In this document: piece by piece, positions 41,851 to 50,767 of the stretch
Numbering within the stretch: position 1 is the stretch's first letter
How the letters are laid out: every line of letters begins with the position of its first letter
NCBI GenBank assembly: GCA_035292445.1
Contig: DATDQB010000024.1
Location: 267-64,266 of the forward strand
DNA from: Candidatus Omnitrophota bacterium
GTDB taxonomy: Bacteria; Omnitrophota; Gorgyraeia; Zapsychrales; Zapsychraceae
DNA: 64,000 nucleotides
Reading direction: 5' to 3'
Translations under genes and position numbers: made by a program
Notes under the pieces: generated by a model
Databases searched by the model: none
What the model was told of the DNA's origin: nothing
The model's input: the letters and a program-made list of their open reading frames with translations, nothing else

Positions 41851-43326
41851 ATGGACCCTTGGCGTCATTTAAAAAACCTTAATAAAAGCCAAATCACCGA
41901 GCTTCAGAATAAGAAGCTGCGCGATTTTATCCGCCACTACGTTTATCCCTTCAGCCCTCATTACAGAAAAATTTTTGATGACAATAAGATCGATCCGGAA
42001 TCTATCAAGACAGCCGATGATCTAAGGCGCGTCCCGTTCATTTCAAAGAAGGATTTCCTGGAGAATGAAACAAAATTCCGCGATTGCGTTTTGCAACCCG
42101 ATGCCCAGAAGATCAAAAAATTTTGGAACGCCTCGCGCCTGACCAAGTTCATTTTTGAAAGAACTTTTAAAGGGAAAGAGTACGTTGAGCATAAACTCGG
42201 CTTTGAATTCCGCCCTGTTTTCATGACCTTCACCGGCGGCACGACCAACCAGCCCGTTGTGTTCCTTTATACCAATTACGACATCCAGAACCTGCATACC
42301 TCCGGCGCCCGGATGGTGAATTTATTCGACATCAAACCGGATGAAAGGATCGTCAATATATTCCCTTACGCGCCGCATCTGGCCTTTTGGCAGGTCGTCT
42401 TCGGCGCCTTCGCTTCCAACGTCATGGCGCTCAGTACCGGCGGCGGAAAGACCATCGGCACCGAGGGCAACATCAAAGCGCTTTTGAGGATGAAGCCCAG
42501 CGTCGTCATGGGCGTCCCCAGTTATGTTTATCACGTCTTTCGCACGGCGCGCGAGCAGGGATGCAAAATGGATTTTGTCAAAAAGGTCGTTTTGGGGGCC
42601 GCGCGGGTGACGGTCGCTTTCAAGCAAAAGTTGGCCGAGATCATAGAAGGGATGGGGGCCAGGGACGTTGCCATTTTCGGGACGTACGGCTTTACGGAAG
42701 CGCGTTGCGCTTGGGCGGAAAGCCCATCGCCGTTGGATGTCTCAAGCGGGTATCATCTTTACCCGGACAAAGAGATCTTCGAGGTGATCGACCCTGAGAC
42801 AGGAGAGGTCAAGAAAGAAGGCGAAGACGGAGAATTGGTATATACGGGGCTCGATGCCCGCGGCAGCGTGATGTTGCGTTATCGCACGGGGGACTTTGTC
42901 AAAGGCGGGATCACCTACGCCCCGTCAAAATATTCCCGTTTAAGCGTTCCGCGCATTTCAAGCGACATCACCCGGTTATCCGATGTCAAGGACCTGCAGT
43001 TCTCCAAAGTCAAAGGGGCTCTTATGAATTTCAGCGTTTTTCCCGCTTTGTTCTCGGAGATCAAAGCGATCGATGAATGGCAGATCGAGCTTAAGAAAAG
43101 GAACAATGACCCCTTTGATATGGATGAAATGGTCATTTACGCCACCATCAAGAACCATAACAACCCGGACAAGTTGAAAGAGGAAATTAAAAGCAGGATG
43201 GTGGCGGTGACGGAAGTATCGCCCAATGAGATCCATTTCATCGGCATGGATGAGATGGTGAAGCGCCTGGAGCTTGAGACCGCGAATAAGGAAAGAAGGA
43301 TTTTGGATAACAGGCCGAAGTCGTGA
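41851..43326 (+). CDS. Phenylacetate-CoA ligase-like (PaaK family) adenylate-forming enzyme
   Basis: DLRRVPFISKKD, TGGTTNQP, YGFTEA, EVIDPETG, GELVYTGL, LRYRTGD. ATG at 41851 preferred over the TTG in AT-rich DNA. Confidence 0.8.
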   Translation: MDPWRHLKNLNKSQITELQNKKLRDFIRHYVYPFSPHYRKIFDDNKIDPESIKTADDLRRVPFISKKDFLENETKFRDCVLQPDAQKIKKFWNASRLTKFIFERTFKGKEYVEHKLGFEFRPVFMTFTGGTTNQPVVFLYTNYDIQNLHTSGARMVNLFDIKPDERIVNIFPYAPHLAFWQVVFGAFASNVMALSTGGGKTIGTEGNIKALLRMKPSVVMGVPSYVYHVFRTAREQGCKMDFVKKVVLGAARVTVAFKQKLAEIIEGMGARDVAIFGTYGFTEARCAWAESPSPLDVSSGYHLYPDKEIFEVIDPETGEVKKEGEDGELVYTGLDARGSVMLRYRTGDFVKGGITYAPSKYSRLSVPRISSDITRLSDVKDLQFSKVKGALMNFSVFPALFSEIKAIDEWQIELKKRNNDPFDMDEMVIYATIKNHNNPDKLKEEIKSRMVAVTEVSPNEIHFIGMDEMVKRLELETANKERRILDNRPKS

Positions 43327-43393
43327 ATCGTGGATCGTAGATCGCGAATCGTGGATCTTTGACGAACCACGATCCACAATGCACGATCCACGA
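43321..43393. repeat. Empty inverted heptamer array (TCGTGGA / TCCACGA)
   Basis: tcgtgaa tcgtgga tcgtaga tcgcgaa tcgtgga ... accacga tccacaa tgcacga tccacga. Confidence 0.8.
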
Positions 43394-43405
43394 GAAGGAT
43401 AAATT

Positions 43406-44692
43406 ATGAGCCGTATAGCTGTTGTCGATGGTATTCGAACTCCTTTTTGCAAAATGGGGACGGATTTTAACGACCTCTCCGCCCAAGAGCTGGGGCGTTT
43501 GGCGGCGCGGGAACTCCTGGAGCGTACCGGCTTTGATCCGCATGATCTGAGCGAAGTGATCTTCGGTTGCGTTGGCCAGCCGGCAGATGCGGCCAATATT
43601 TCCCGCGTGGTTGCTTTAATGGCCGGCGTGCCCAAAGAAGTGCCGGCCTATACGGTGCACCGTAACTGCGCTTCAGGGGTTGAATCGGCTGTCCAGGCCT
43701 TTATGAAGATCCAGGTCGGGGAAGGGGATTGTTATCTGGTCGGCGGCACCGAGTCCATGAGCAATATCCCGGTCTATTTGGCCAAATCGCTTCAGGACCA
43801 ATACATGGGGCTGCCCAGGGCAAAAACGTTTGGCCAAAAGGTTGGCAGCATTCTAAAGTTCTATTCCAAGTATTTAAATTTCCAGAAGAATTTAAGGGTC
43901 GGCCTGCAATTAGGCTTGACCGATCCGGTCTGCGGGCTTTTGATGGGGGGCACCGCGGAGGTTTTGGTCAAGGAATTCGGGATCACGCGCAGACAGCAGG
44001 ATGAGTTCGCGCTTCTTAGCCATCAGCGCGCTATCGCCGCAAAAAAAATTTTACGCGAGGAGATCATGCCGATCATTCCCGGTCCCAAATATAAGGCGGC
44101 CGTGCAGGATGATAACGGACCGCGCGAAGGCCAGACGATGGAAGCGCTGGCCAAATTAAAGCCTTATTTTGAGCGTGGCACGGGCTCGGTAACGGTGGGC
44201 AATTCCAGCCAAGTTACCGACGGAGCCGCCGCGTTATTGATCATGTCAGATGAAAAGGCCAGGAGCTTGGGGTATAAGCCGTTGGGTTTTATCAAATCCT
44301 ACGCTTTTGCCGGCGTTGAACCGGACCGGATGGGGATCGGCCCGGCGCACGCGATCCCGAAAGCGTTAAAGAAAGCGCAATTGAAGCTAAGGGACATGAA
44401 AGCCGTTGAGATCAACGAGGCTTTTGCGGCGCAGGTCTTGGCGTGCCTGAAAGCGCTGGCCAGCGACGATTTCGCGAAAAAATTCGGTTATGAGGGATTT
44501 ACGGGAGAGATCAACCGGGAGATCCTAAACGTGAACGGCGGCGCCATTGCCTTGGGGCATCCGGTCGGCACGAGCGGGACAAGGTTGATCCTCACCATGC
44601 TTAAACATATGAACCGCCAGAACCTGGATTTCGGGCTGGTTTCGCTTTGTGTGGGCGGAGGCCAGGGGGCCGCGGTGGTTTTGGAAAGATAA
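43406..44692 (+). CDS. Acetyl-CoA C-acyltransferase (thiolase, FadI/FadA-like)
   Basis: RTPF, NCASG, GGTESMS, EINEAFA, GGAIALGHPVG, LCVGGGQG. Confidence 0.95.
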   Translation: MSRIAVVDGIRTPFCKMGTDFNDLSAQELGRLAARELLERTGFDPHDLSEVIFGCVGQPADAANISRVVALMAGVPKEVPAYTVHRNCASGVESAVQAFMKIQVGEGDCYLVGGTESMSNIPVYLAKSLQDQYMGLPRAKTFGQKVGSILKFYSKYLNFQKNLRVGLQLGLTDPVCGLLMGGTAEVLVKEFGITRRQQDEFALLSHQRAIAAKKILREEIMPIIPGPKYKAAVQDDNGPREGQTMEALAKLKPYFERGTGSVTVGNSSQVTDGAAALLIMSDEKARSLGYKPLGFIKSYAFAGVEPDRMGIGPAHAIPKALKKAQLKLRDMKAVEINEAFAAQVLACLKALASDDFAKKFGYEGFTGEINREILNVNGGAIALGHPVGTSGTRLILTMLKHMNRQNLDFGLVSLCVGGGQGAAVVLER

Positions 44693-44708
44693 AAAAGGAG
44701 TATCGAGT

Positions 44709-44778
44709 CGTAAGCCATAAGCTGTAAGCCTTAAAAAAAATTTAAAGCTTACGGCTTAAAGCTTACGGCTTAAGGCTA
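44709..44778. repeat. Empty inverted heptamer array (TAAGCCN / GCTTACG)
   Basis: cgtaagc cataagc tgtaagc ... gcttacg gcttaaa gcttacg gcttaag. Confidence 0.8.
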
Positions 44779-44781
44779 AAT

Positions 44782-46911
44782 ATGGGCGTTTTTTTAAAAC
44801 AAGATAAAGACATCGCGTACATCGAATTCGACCTTCCTGATTCCAAAGTGAATCTTTTGACCGGTGAGGTCTTAAAGAAATTGGACGGGATCTTGGGCAT
44901 CATAAACTCCGATCAAAAGATCAAAGCGGTCGTCATTTCAAGTAAAAAGCAAAATGTGTTCATCGCTGGCGCCGATATTAAAGAAATAGAGCAGATCACG
45001 GACCCCTCTGAAGGCGCCGAAAAAGCCAGGCTGGGCCAGGATATTTTCAATAAGCTCGAGGACTTAAGCGCCCCCACGATCGCCGTCATCGATGGCGTTG
45101 TTTTAGGCGGCGGCTGTGAGCTCATTCTCGCCTGCACGTACCGCATCGCCACGTTTAACGAGAAGGTAAGGATCGGCCTTCCTGAAGTCAATTTAGGCAT
45201 CCTCCCGGGTTTCGGCGGGACGTACCGCATGCCGCGCACCGTCGGCCTTTCGGACGGGCTTACGTTAATTTTAACGGGAAAGCCCATCGACAGCCGTAAG
45301 GCGTTCAAGATGGGCTTGGTGGACCGGCTCGTTCCCCAGGCCGGGTTAAAGGAAAGCGCGGAGGGTTTTGTCCAGGAGATCCTCCAGTATCAATCGCACC
45401 GGAAATACCGGCCTAAAAAGAAAAAGGGGATCCTTGGATTTATGGAAGGGAACCCGTTGGGGCACAAGATCATTTTTCATCAATCCCGGCAGAACGTGCT
45501 GAAAGCCTCGAAAGGGTTTTATCCGGCCCCTTTAAGGGCCATCGATACGGTTAAAAAAAGTTTCACCATGAGCCGGGAAGCCGGCCTTAAGCTCGAAAGG
45601 AACGCTTTCGCGGAACTTGTTGGCACGAACGTATGCAAGAATTTGATCAAAGTTTTTTATCTTTCCGAAAAATATAAAAAGTTAAGCCTTGAGGGGGCGG
45701 AGAATATCAAGCCGCAACCGGTTCACAAATGCGGCATCCTGGGCGCCGGCGTGATGGGAGGCGGGATCGCGCAGCTTTTAAGCTCCAGAGATATTTCCGC
45801 GCGGTTAAAGGACATCAATTTTGAGGCGCTGGCGAGCGGCCTAAAGGCGGCCAAGAAGATCTATGACCAGGCTGTTAAGAAGAGAGTTTTCACCCAAGCC
45901 CAGGCGCAGCGAAAGATGGCGCAGATCACGACGACCTTGGATTATACGGGTTTTCAAAATGTCGACTGCGTGATCGAGGCGGTCGTTGAGAATTTGGAGG
46001 TTAAGAAAAAGGTCTTTCAGGAAGTGAGCGAGGCGGTTTCTCCCAGGACGATTCTTGCGACCAATACCTCGGCGTTATCCGTGACCAAGATGGCTGCCCA
46101 GGCCAAAGACCCCTCCAAGACAATCGGTTTCCATTTTTTTAATCCGGTGCACCGCATGCCGCTCATCGAGATCATCGTGGCCCCCCAAACTTCATCGGAT
46201 ACGGTCGTGAGCGCTTTGGAGTTGGCGAAGCGTTTGGGCAAGATCCCCATTTTGGTCAAGGACTCCTGCGGATTTTTGGTGAACCGCATCCTTCTGCATT
46301 ATATCAATGAGGCCGGATATCTCTTGGAGGAAACCGGAAATGTTGAGGCTATTGATGAGGCGATCACTAAATTCGGCATGCCGATGGGCCCGTTCTTGCT
46401 TTCCGATGAAGTCGGGCTTGACGTCGGAATAAAAGTTTTGCACATTTTGGAACAAAATTTCGGCGAACGTTTCAAAGTGGCCGCTATTTTTGAGAAGATC
46501 ACCCAGGCCGGGATGCTGGGTAAAAAAGGCGGCAAAGGCTATTACCTCCATGAGAGTGAGAAACGCCACGTTAACCCGGAAATCTCAAAGATGCTGCCTA
46601 ACGTCCATTTCAAGGCATTCGATTTAGCTCAATGCCAGCAACGGTTGGTTTTTGCCATGGTTAACGAGGCGGCGCGATGCCTGGAAGACGGCATCATCAA
46701 AGAGGCGGATACGGTCGATGCCGGCATGATCTTCGGGACAGGATTTCCGCCGTTTCACGGAGGGCTGTTGCGTTATGCCGATCAGGCGGGCATCGGGTCT
46801 ATCGTGGAAAGGCTGGATGAATTTTGCAACAAGTTCCAGACGAATCGGCTTCGCCCTTGCGAATATTTGCGGGATATGGCAAAAAAAGGAAAAAGGTTTT
46901 ATAGCCGCTGA
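44782..46911 (+). CDS. fadJ: Fatty acid oxidation complex alpha subunit (enoyl-CoA hydratase/3-hydroxyacyl-CoA dehydrogenase, FadJ-like)
   Basis: FIAGADI, LGGGCEL, GLPEVNLGILPGFGG, GAGVMGGGIA, ATNTSAL, HFFNPVHRMPL, GFPPFHGG. Confidence 0.92.
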   Translation: MGVFLKQDKDIAYIEFDLPDSKVNLLTGEVLKKLDGILGIINSDQKIKAVVISSKKQNVFIAGADIKEIEQITDPSEGAEKARLGQDIFNKLEDLSAPTIAVIDGVVLGGGCELILACTYRIATFNEKVRIGLPEVNLGILPGFGGTYRMPRTVGLSDGLTLILTGKPIDSRKAFKMGLVDRLVPQAGLKESAEGFVQEILQYQSHRKYRPKKKKGILGFMEGNPLGHKIIFHQSRQNVLKASKGFYPAPLRAIDTVKKSFTMSREAGLKLERNAFAELVGTNVCKNLIKVFYLSEKYKKLSLEGAENIKPQPVHKCGILGAGVMGGGIAQLLSSRDISARLKDINFEALASGLKAAKKIYDQAVKKRVFTQAQAQRKMAQITTTLDYTGFQNVDCVIEAVVENLEVKKKVFQEVSEAVSPRTILATNTSALSVTKMAAQAKDPSKTIGFHFFNPVHRMPLIEIIVAPQTSSDTVVSALELAKRLGKIPILVKDSCGFLVNRILLHYINEAGYLLEETGNVEAIDEAITKFGMPMGPFLLSDEVGLDVGIKVLHILEQNFGERFKVAAIFEKITQAGMLGKKGGKGYYLHESEKRHVNPEISKMLPNVHFKAFDLAQCQQRLVFAMVNEAARCLEDGIIKEADTVDAGMIFGTGFPPFHGGLLRYADQAGIGSIVERLDEFCNKFQTNRLRPCEYLRDMAKKGKRFYSR

Positions 46912-46913
46912 CC

Positions 46914-47474
46914 ATGGACCGGCGCACTAAACAAAAAATCATCTTCGCTCTTATAGGGATCTTGGGCGTTCTTTTGATCAGTTACGCCGGGGTTGTTTAT
47001 TATCAGGGGTACGGTTTTAGAAAATACACGGACCGGCAGGCTGGTTTCAGCATCCAGTACCCGCGCGAGTGGGCGTACGCGCCCAATAAGGACGGGGCAA
47101 ACGTCATTTTTTATACGCCGCTGGAAAGCGATTATGATGCGTTTCAAGAAAATATCAATGTGGCGGTCAAGGATATTTCAGCCAATCCGGTGGGTCTTGA
47201 CGAATTTACAAGGATCGCCATCAGGCAAATGGAAATCGTTTTTAAGGACCGGATAGAAGTCCTGGAGTCGACGCCCTATAATCTCGGGAACCGGTTCGGG
47301 CATAAATTTGTTTTTCAGATCAAAGGCATTGCTTTGTCAGCGAGAATGATGATGGTATGGACGGTCAAGGGTGACAAGGCATTTCAAGTCACCTATACCG
47401 CCCAGACAGATACTTATGGTCATTATATGGATATAGTCGAAAAAATGCTCAAGTCTTTTAAACTTCTAGGTTAG
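46914..47474 (+). CDS. Membrane-anchored PsbP/DcrB-like protein
   Basis: N-terminal TM, GFSIQYPREW, FQENINV, FQVTYTA, MLKSFK. Confidence 0.7.
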   Translation: MDRRTKQKIIFALIGILGVLLISYAGVVYYQGYGFRKYTDRQAGFSIQYPREWAYAPNKDGANVIFYTPLESDYDAFQENINVAVKDISANPVGLDEFTRIAIRQMEIVFKDRIEVLESTPYNLGNRFGHKFVFQIKGIALSARMMMVWTVKGDKAFQVTYTAQTDTYGHYMDIVEKMLKSFKLLG

Positions 47475-47476
47475 AA

Positions 47477-48544
47477 ATGGTCATGCTTATTTCTCCAAAT
47501 GAGCTCCGGGACGTGAAAGGAACGCAACCCCTTTGCCCGCTTTTCGGTGAATGCGGCGGCTGCGCTTTCCAGGACATCCCTTATGAAGAAGAGCTTCTTA
47601 TTAAGGAGAGGACCGTTAAAGAAGAGCTTTGCCGGTGGATAGATGTGGAGGAAAAGGCCTTTGAGCCTATGATCGGCTCTCCCCAACCGTATCGCTACCG
47701 CCATCGCATCGACCTTAAGCTCCAGAAGACCAGAAACGGCATTTTGATCGGTTTCACGCCAAAGGAGGGATTTGGTATCCTTCCGGTCGATAATTGCCCG
47801 ATCGCCGAGGATAGCATTAACCGGCTCATCCCGGCGATCAAACAGGAGGCGCTGGGTAAGATCACGGCCAAGCACCGGCAGGCCAATTTGGTCATCCGCA
47901 CATCGCAAGACGGCCGCGTCTTTTGGGGCGGGATCGGGCGGAAGTCCTTGAGGATGAAAGAAGAGGATTATTTTTGGGCCGAAATTAATGGCCGAAGGAT
48001 CTTTTACTCATTGGATACTTTTTTTCAGGCGAATTTATCCATTCTTCCCAAGCTGATCCAAACGATGCGCGAGTTAAAGATCTGGTCAAAAGAGCGCATC
48101 TTGTTCGATCTCTACGGCGGGGTCGGCTTGTTCGGGATTTCGCTCGCCGATCTGGTGAAGAAAGTCATTCTTATCGAAGAAGTCGGCGCGTCCATTGAAT
48201 TGGCGCGCCACAATGCCGCCTATCATCGCTACTCCAATATGGATGTTATCGAAGGCCGGGTGGAAGACCGATGGCCCACGCTTATCGAAGGGCAAAACGG
48301 CCAAGGCCATATCATTATCATTGACCCGCCCCGTTCGGGCTTAAGCCCGCAAGCCAAAAATGTTTTGTGCTCGAGCGATAACGTGAAGTTTATTTTATAC
48401 CTCTCATGCAACCCGACATCGCTGGCGAGGGACCTGGCCGATTTCTTAAAAGAAGGGTGGCAGCTGAAAAAAGTCATCCCGTTTGATTTTTTCCCTAAAA
48501 CAAAACATATCGAAACATTGGCCTTATTAGAGAGGCAAACATGA
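47477..48544 (+). CDS. RlmD/TrmA-family RNA m5U methyltransferase (no TRAM domain)
   Basis: CPLFGECGGC, FFQAN, DLYGGVGLFG, DPPRSGL, YLSCNP, DFFPKTKHIE. Confidence 0.9.
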   Translation: MVMLISPNELRDVKGTQPLCPLFGECGGCAFQDIPYEEELLIKERTVKEELCRWIDVEEKAFEPMIGSPQPYRYRHRIDLKLQKTRNGILIGFTPKEGFGILPVDNCPIAEDSINRLIPAIKQEALGKITAKHRQANLVIRTSQDGRVFWGGIGRKSLRMKEEDYFWAEINGRRIFYSLDTFFQANLSILPKLIQTMRELKIWSKERILFDLYGGVGLFGISLADLVKKVILIEEVGASIELARHNAAYHRYSNMDVIEGRVEDRWPTLIEGQNGQGHIIIIDPPRSGLSPQAKNVLCSSDNVKFILYLSCNPTSLARDLADFLKEGWQLKKVIPFDFFPKTKHIETLALLERQT

Positions 48545-48840
48545 AACAAAATCCAATGCCCTACCAAAAACAAATTTTTGTTTGCACTAATGATCGAAAG
48601 GGTGAAAAGCCCAGTTGCGGCGACCATCAGGGTGATATCATTTTCCAACAATTACGCCAGATCGCCAAGGACCGGGGGCTGCATCCCAAGATCCGCGTGG
48701 CGCAGGCCAAATGCTTGGGCCAATGCGCGCAAGGGACAACGATCATGATCTATCCGGATAATATCTGGTATTCCAGCGTCCGGTTGGAAGATGTGTCAAC
48801 GATTGCCGAACAATACTTAAAACCATCAAGAACGGAGTAA
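48541..48840 (+). CDS. Thioredoxin-like [2Fe-2S] ferredoxin
   Basis: IFVCTN...SC...CLGQC..G..IYPDNIWY. Confidence 0.9.
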   Translation: MKQNPMPYQKQIFVCTNDRKGEKPSCGDHQGDIIFQQLRQIAKDRGLHPKIRVAQAKCLGQCAQGTTIMIYPDNIWYSSVRLEDVSTIAEQYLKPSRTE

Positions 48841-48844
48841 TGCC

Positions 48845-50671
48845 ATGAGCCTATTTGATAAAAATATGAGCGCCGAGAAAAAAGCCTCGCTGGAATTTGC
48901 CGAGGACCAGCGGGAAACGGAGTGGAAGCACCCCTCCTTCGCCTTGCAGCTGTTTCACGGCAACCCCGACTGGCGGCTGATCCATCCTTTTCCGGCGCAG
49001 TCGCAAGAGGATAAACGCACCGGCGATGAATACGTGGCCGCCCTCCAGGATTTCCTTGTCAAGAACCTTGACCCTAATGAAGTGGACCAAACCGGCATCA
49101 TCCCGGAGAAAGTTTATAAAGGGCTTAGCCAGTTAAAGGCCTTTGCCATGAAGATCCCCAAAGAATACGGTGGCCTGGGCCTAAGCCAGGTCAATTATAA
49201 CCGCGCTATCCATCTGGTATCCAGTTACTGCGGGTCAACGGCCGTTTTGCTCTCCGCGCATCAAAGTATCGGCGTGCCCCAGCCGTTAAAATTGTTCGGG
49301 ACCGAGGAGCAGAAAAAAAAATATTTTCCGATGTTCGCCAAAGGCGCGATTTCGGCGTTCGCTTTGACCGAGCCCGGCGCGGGCTCCGACCCGCGGAAAA
49401 TGACGACGACGGCGAACCCCATCGAAGACGGGAAATATTTCCTGATCAACGGGGAGAAGCTCTGGTGCACCAATGGCCCGATCGCCCAAGTGATCGTGGT
49501 CATGGCGGTAACGCCGCCCGTCATGGTCGATGGAAAAGAGAAAAAACAGATCACGGCCTTTATTGTCGAAACCAGCACACCGGGGGTTGAAACGGTCCAT
49601 CGTTGCAAATTCATGGGGCTCAATGGCATTCAAAATGGGCTTCTTCGGTTTACGAACGTTAAAGTGCCGCGGGAGAATATCATCCTTAAAGAAGGAGAAG
49701 GGCTTAAGCTGGCACTGACGACCTTGAACACGGGGCGCCTGACGCTGCCGGCCGCATCCGTCGGTATCGCCAAATGGTGCCTGAACGTTTCGCGCAAATG
49801 GGCCGGCCAGCGCAAGCAATGGGGCGCGGCGATCGGCGAGCATGAAAGCATCGCCCTTAAATTAAGTTATATCACCGGCCACACCTTTGCGATGGACGCG
49901 ATGGCCTGGCTGACCTCGGCCATGGCGGATGATAAAAAGAACGATATCCGCATCGAAGCGGCCATCGCCAAATATTTTTGCACGCATCACAGCTGGGTCA
50001 TTACCGACGAAACGCTTCAGATCCGCGGCGGGCAGGGCTATGAGCAGTACGCATCGCTCAAAGCCCGCGGCACGGACAGCTGGCCGGTGGAGCGGGTGTT
50101 GAGGGACGTGCGCATCAATCTGATCATTGAGGGCACCTCGGAGATCATGCATCTATTCATCGCCCGCGAGGCCTTGGACCCGCACTTGCGCCAACTCAAG
50201 GCGATGTTAAAGGGGAAAATTTTACCTGTGCTCGGGCATTATCTATGGTGGTATCCGGCGCTTTGGTGCCCTTCCATCACTACGTTCCAAACGGTCGATG
50301 GGGGTTTGAAGCGGCATATGCGTTATGTGCAAAATACCAGCAAACGCCTCGCTTTGGAAACATTTCACCAGATGATGAAATATCAAAAGAAGCTTGAGGC
50401 CCGCCAGGCGATCCTTAACCGCATCGTCGATATCGGGACCGAGCTTTTTGCGATGGCCGCCACCTGTTCGTACGCGGACCATTTGGCCAGGACACAGCCC
50501 GAGCAAGCCAACGCCGTGGAACTGGCGGATCTCTTCTGCCGCGCTTCCCGGGCGCGGATCGCGGATCTATTTAAGGAGAACGCCAGTAATTTTGACAAGC
50601 AGAGCATCTCGGTATCCAAAAAACTCTTGGCCGGCCGCTATGAATGGCTGGAGAATGAGATAATTAAATAA
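48845..50671 (+). CDS. Acyl-CoA dehydrogenase (long-chain type)
   Basis: IPKEYGGLG, AFALTEPGAGSD, NGEKLWCTNG, LNTGR, LQIRGGQGY, IIEGTSEI. Confidence 0.95.
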   Translation: MSLFDKNMSAEKKASLEFAEDQRETEWKHPSFALQLFHGNPDWRLIHPFPAQSQEDKRTGDEYVAALQDFLVKNLDPNEVDQTGIIPEKVYKGLSQLKAFAMKIPKEYGGLGLSQVNYNRAIHLVSSYCGSTAVLLSAHQSIGVPQPLKLFGTEEQKKKYFPMFAKGAISAFALTEPGAGSDPRKMTTTANPIEDGKYFLINGEKLWCTNGPIAQVIVVMAVTPPVMVDGKEKKQITAFIVETSTPGVETVHRCKFMGLNGIQNGLLRFTNVKVPRENIILKEGEGLKLALTTLNTGRLTLPAASVGIAKWCLNVSRKWAGQRKQWGAAIGEHESIALKLSYITGHTFAMDAMAWLTSAMADDKKNDIRIEAAIAKYFCTHHSWVITDETLQIRGGQGYEQYASLKARGTDSWPVERVLRDVRINLIIEGTSEIMHLFIAREALDPHLRQLKAMLKGKILPVLGHYLWWYPALWCPSITTFQTVDGGLKRHMRYVQNTSKRLALETFHQMMKYQKKLEARQAILNRIVDIGTELFAMAATCSYADHLARTQPEQANAVELADLFCRASRARIADLFKENASNFDKQSISVSKKLLAGRYEWLENEIIK

Positions 50672-50680
50672 AGATAATCA

Positions 50681-50761
50681 AGTCATCAGTCATCAGCCGT
50701 CAGTCTTCAGAAGTTATCGGGCTGACAGTTTCTGACGACTGAAGACTGAAGACGGACGACT
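50681..50761. repeat. Empty inverted heptamer array (AGTCATC / GAAGACT)
   Basis: agtcatc agtcatc agccgtc agtcttc ... gacgact gaagact gaagacg gacgact. Confidence 0.8.
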
Positions 50762-50767
50762 TTAACA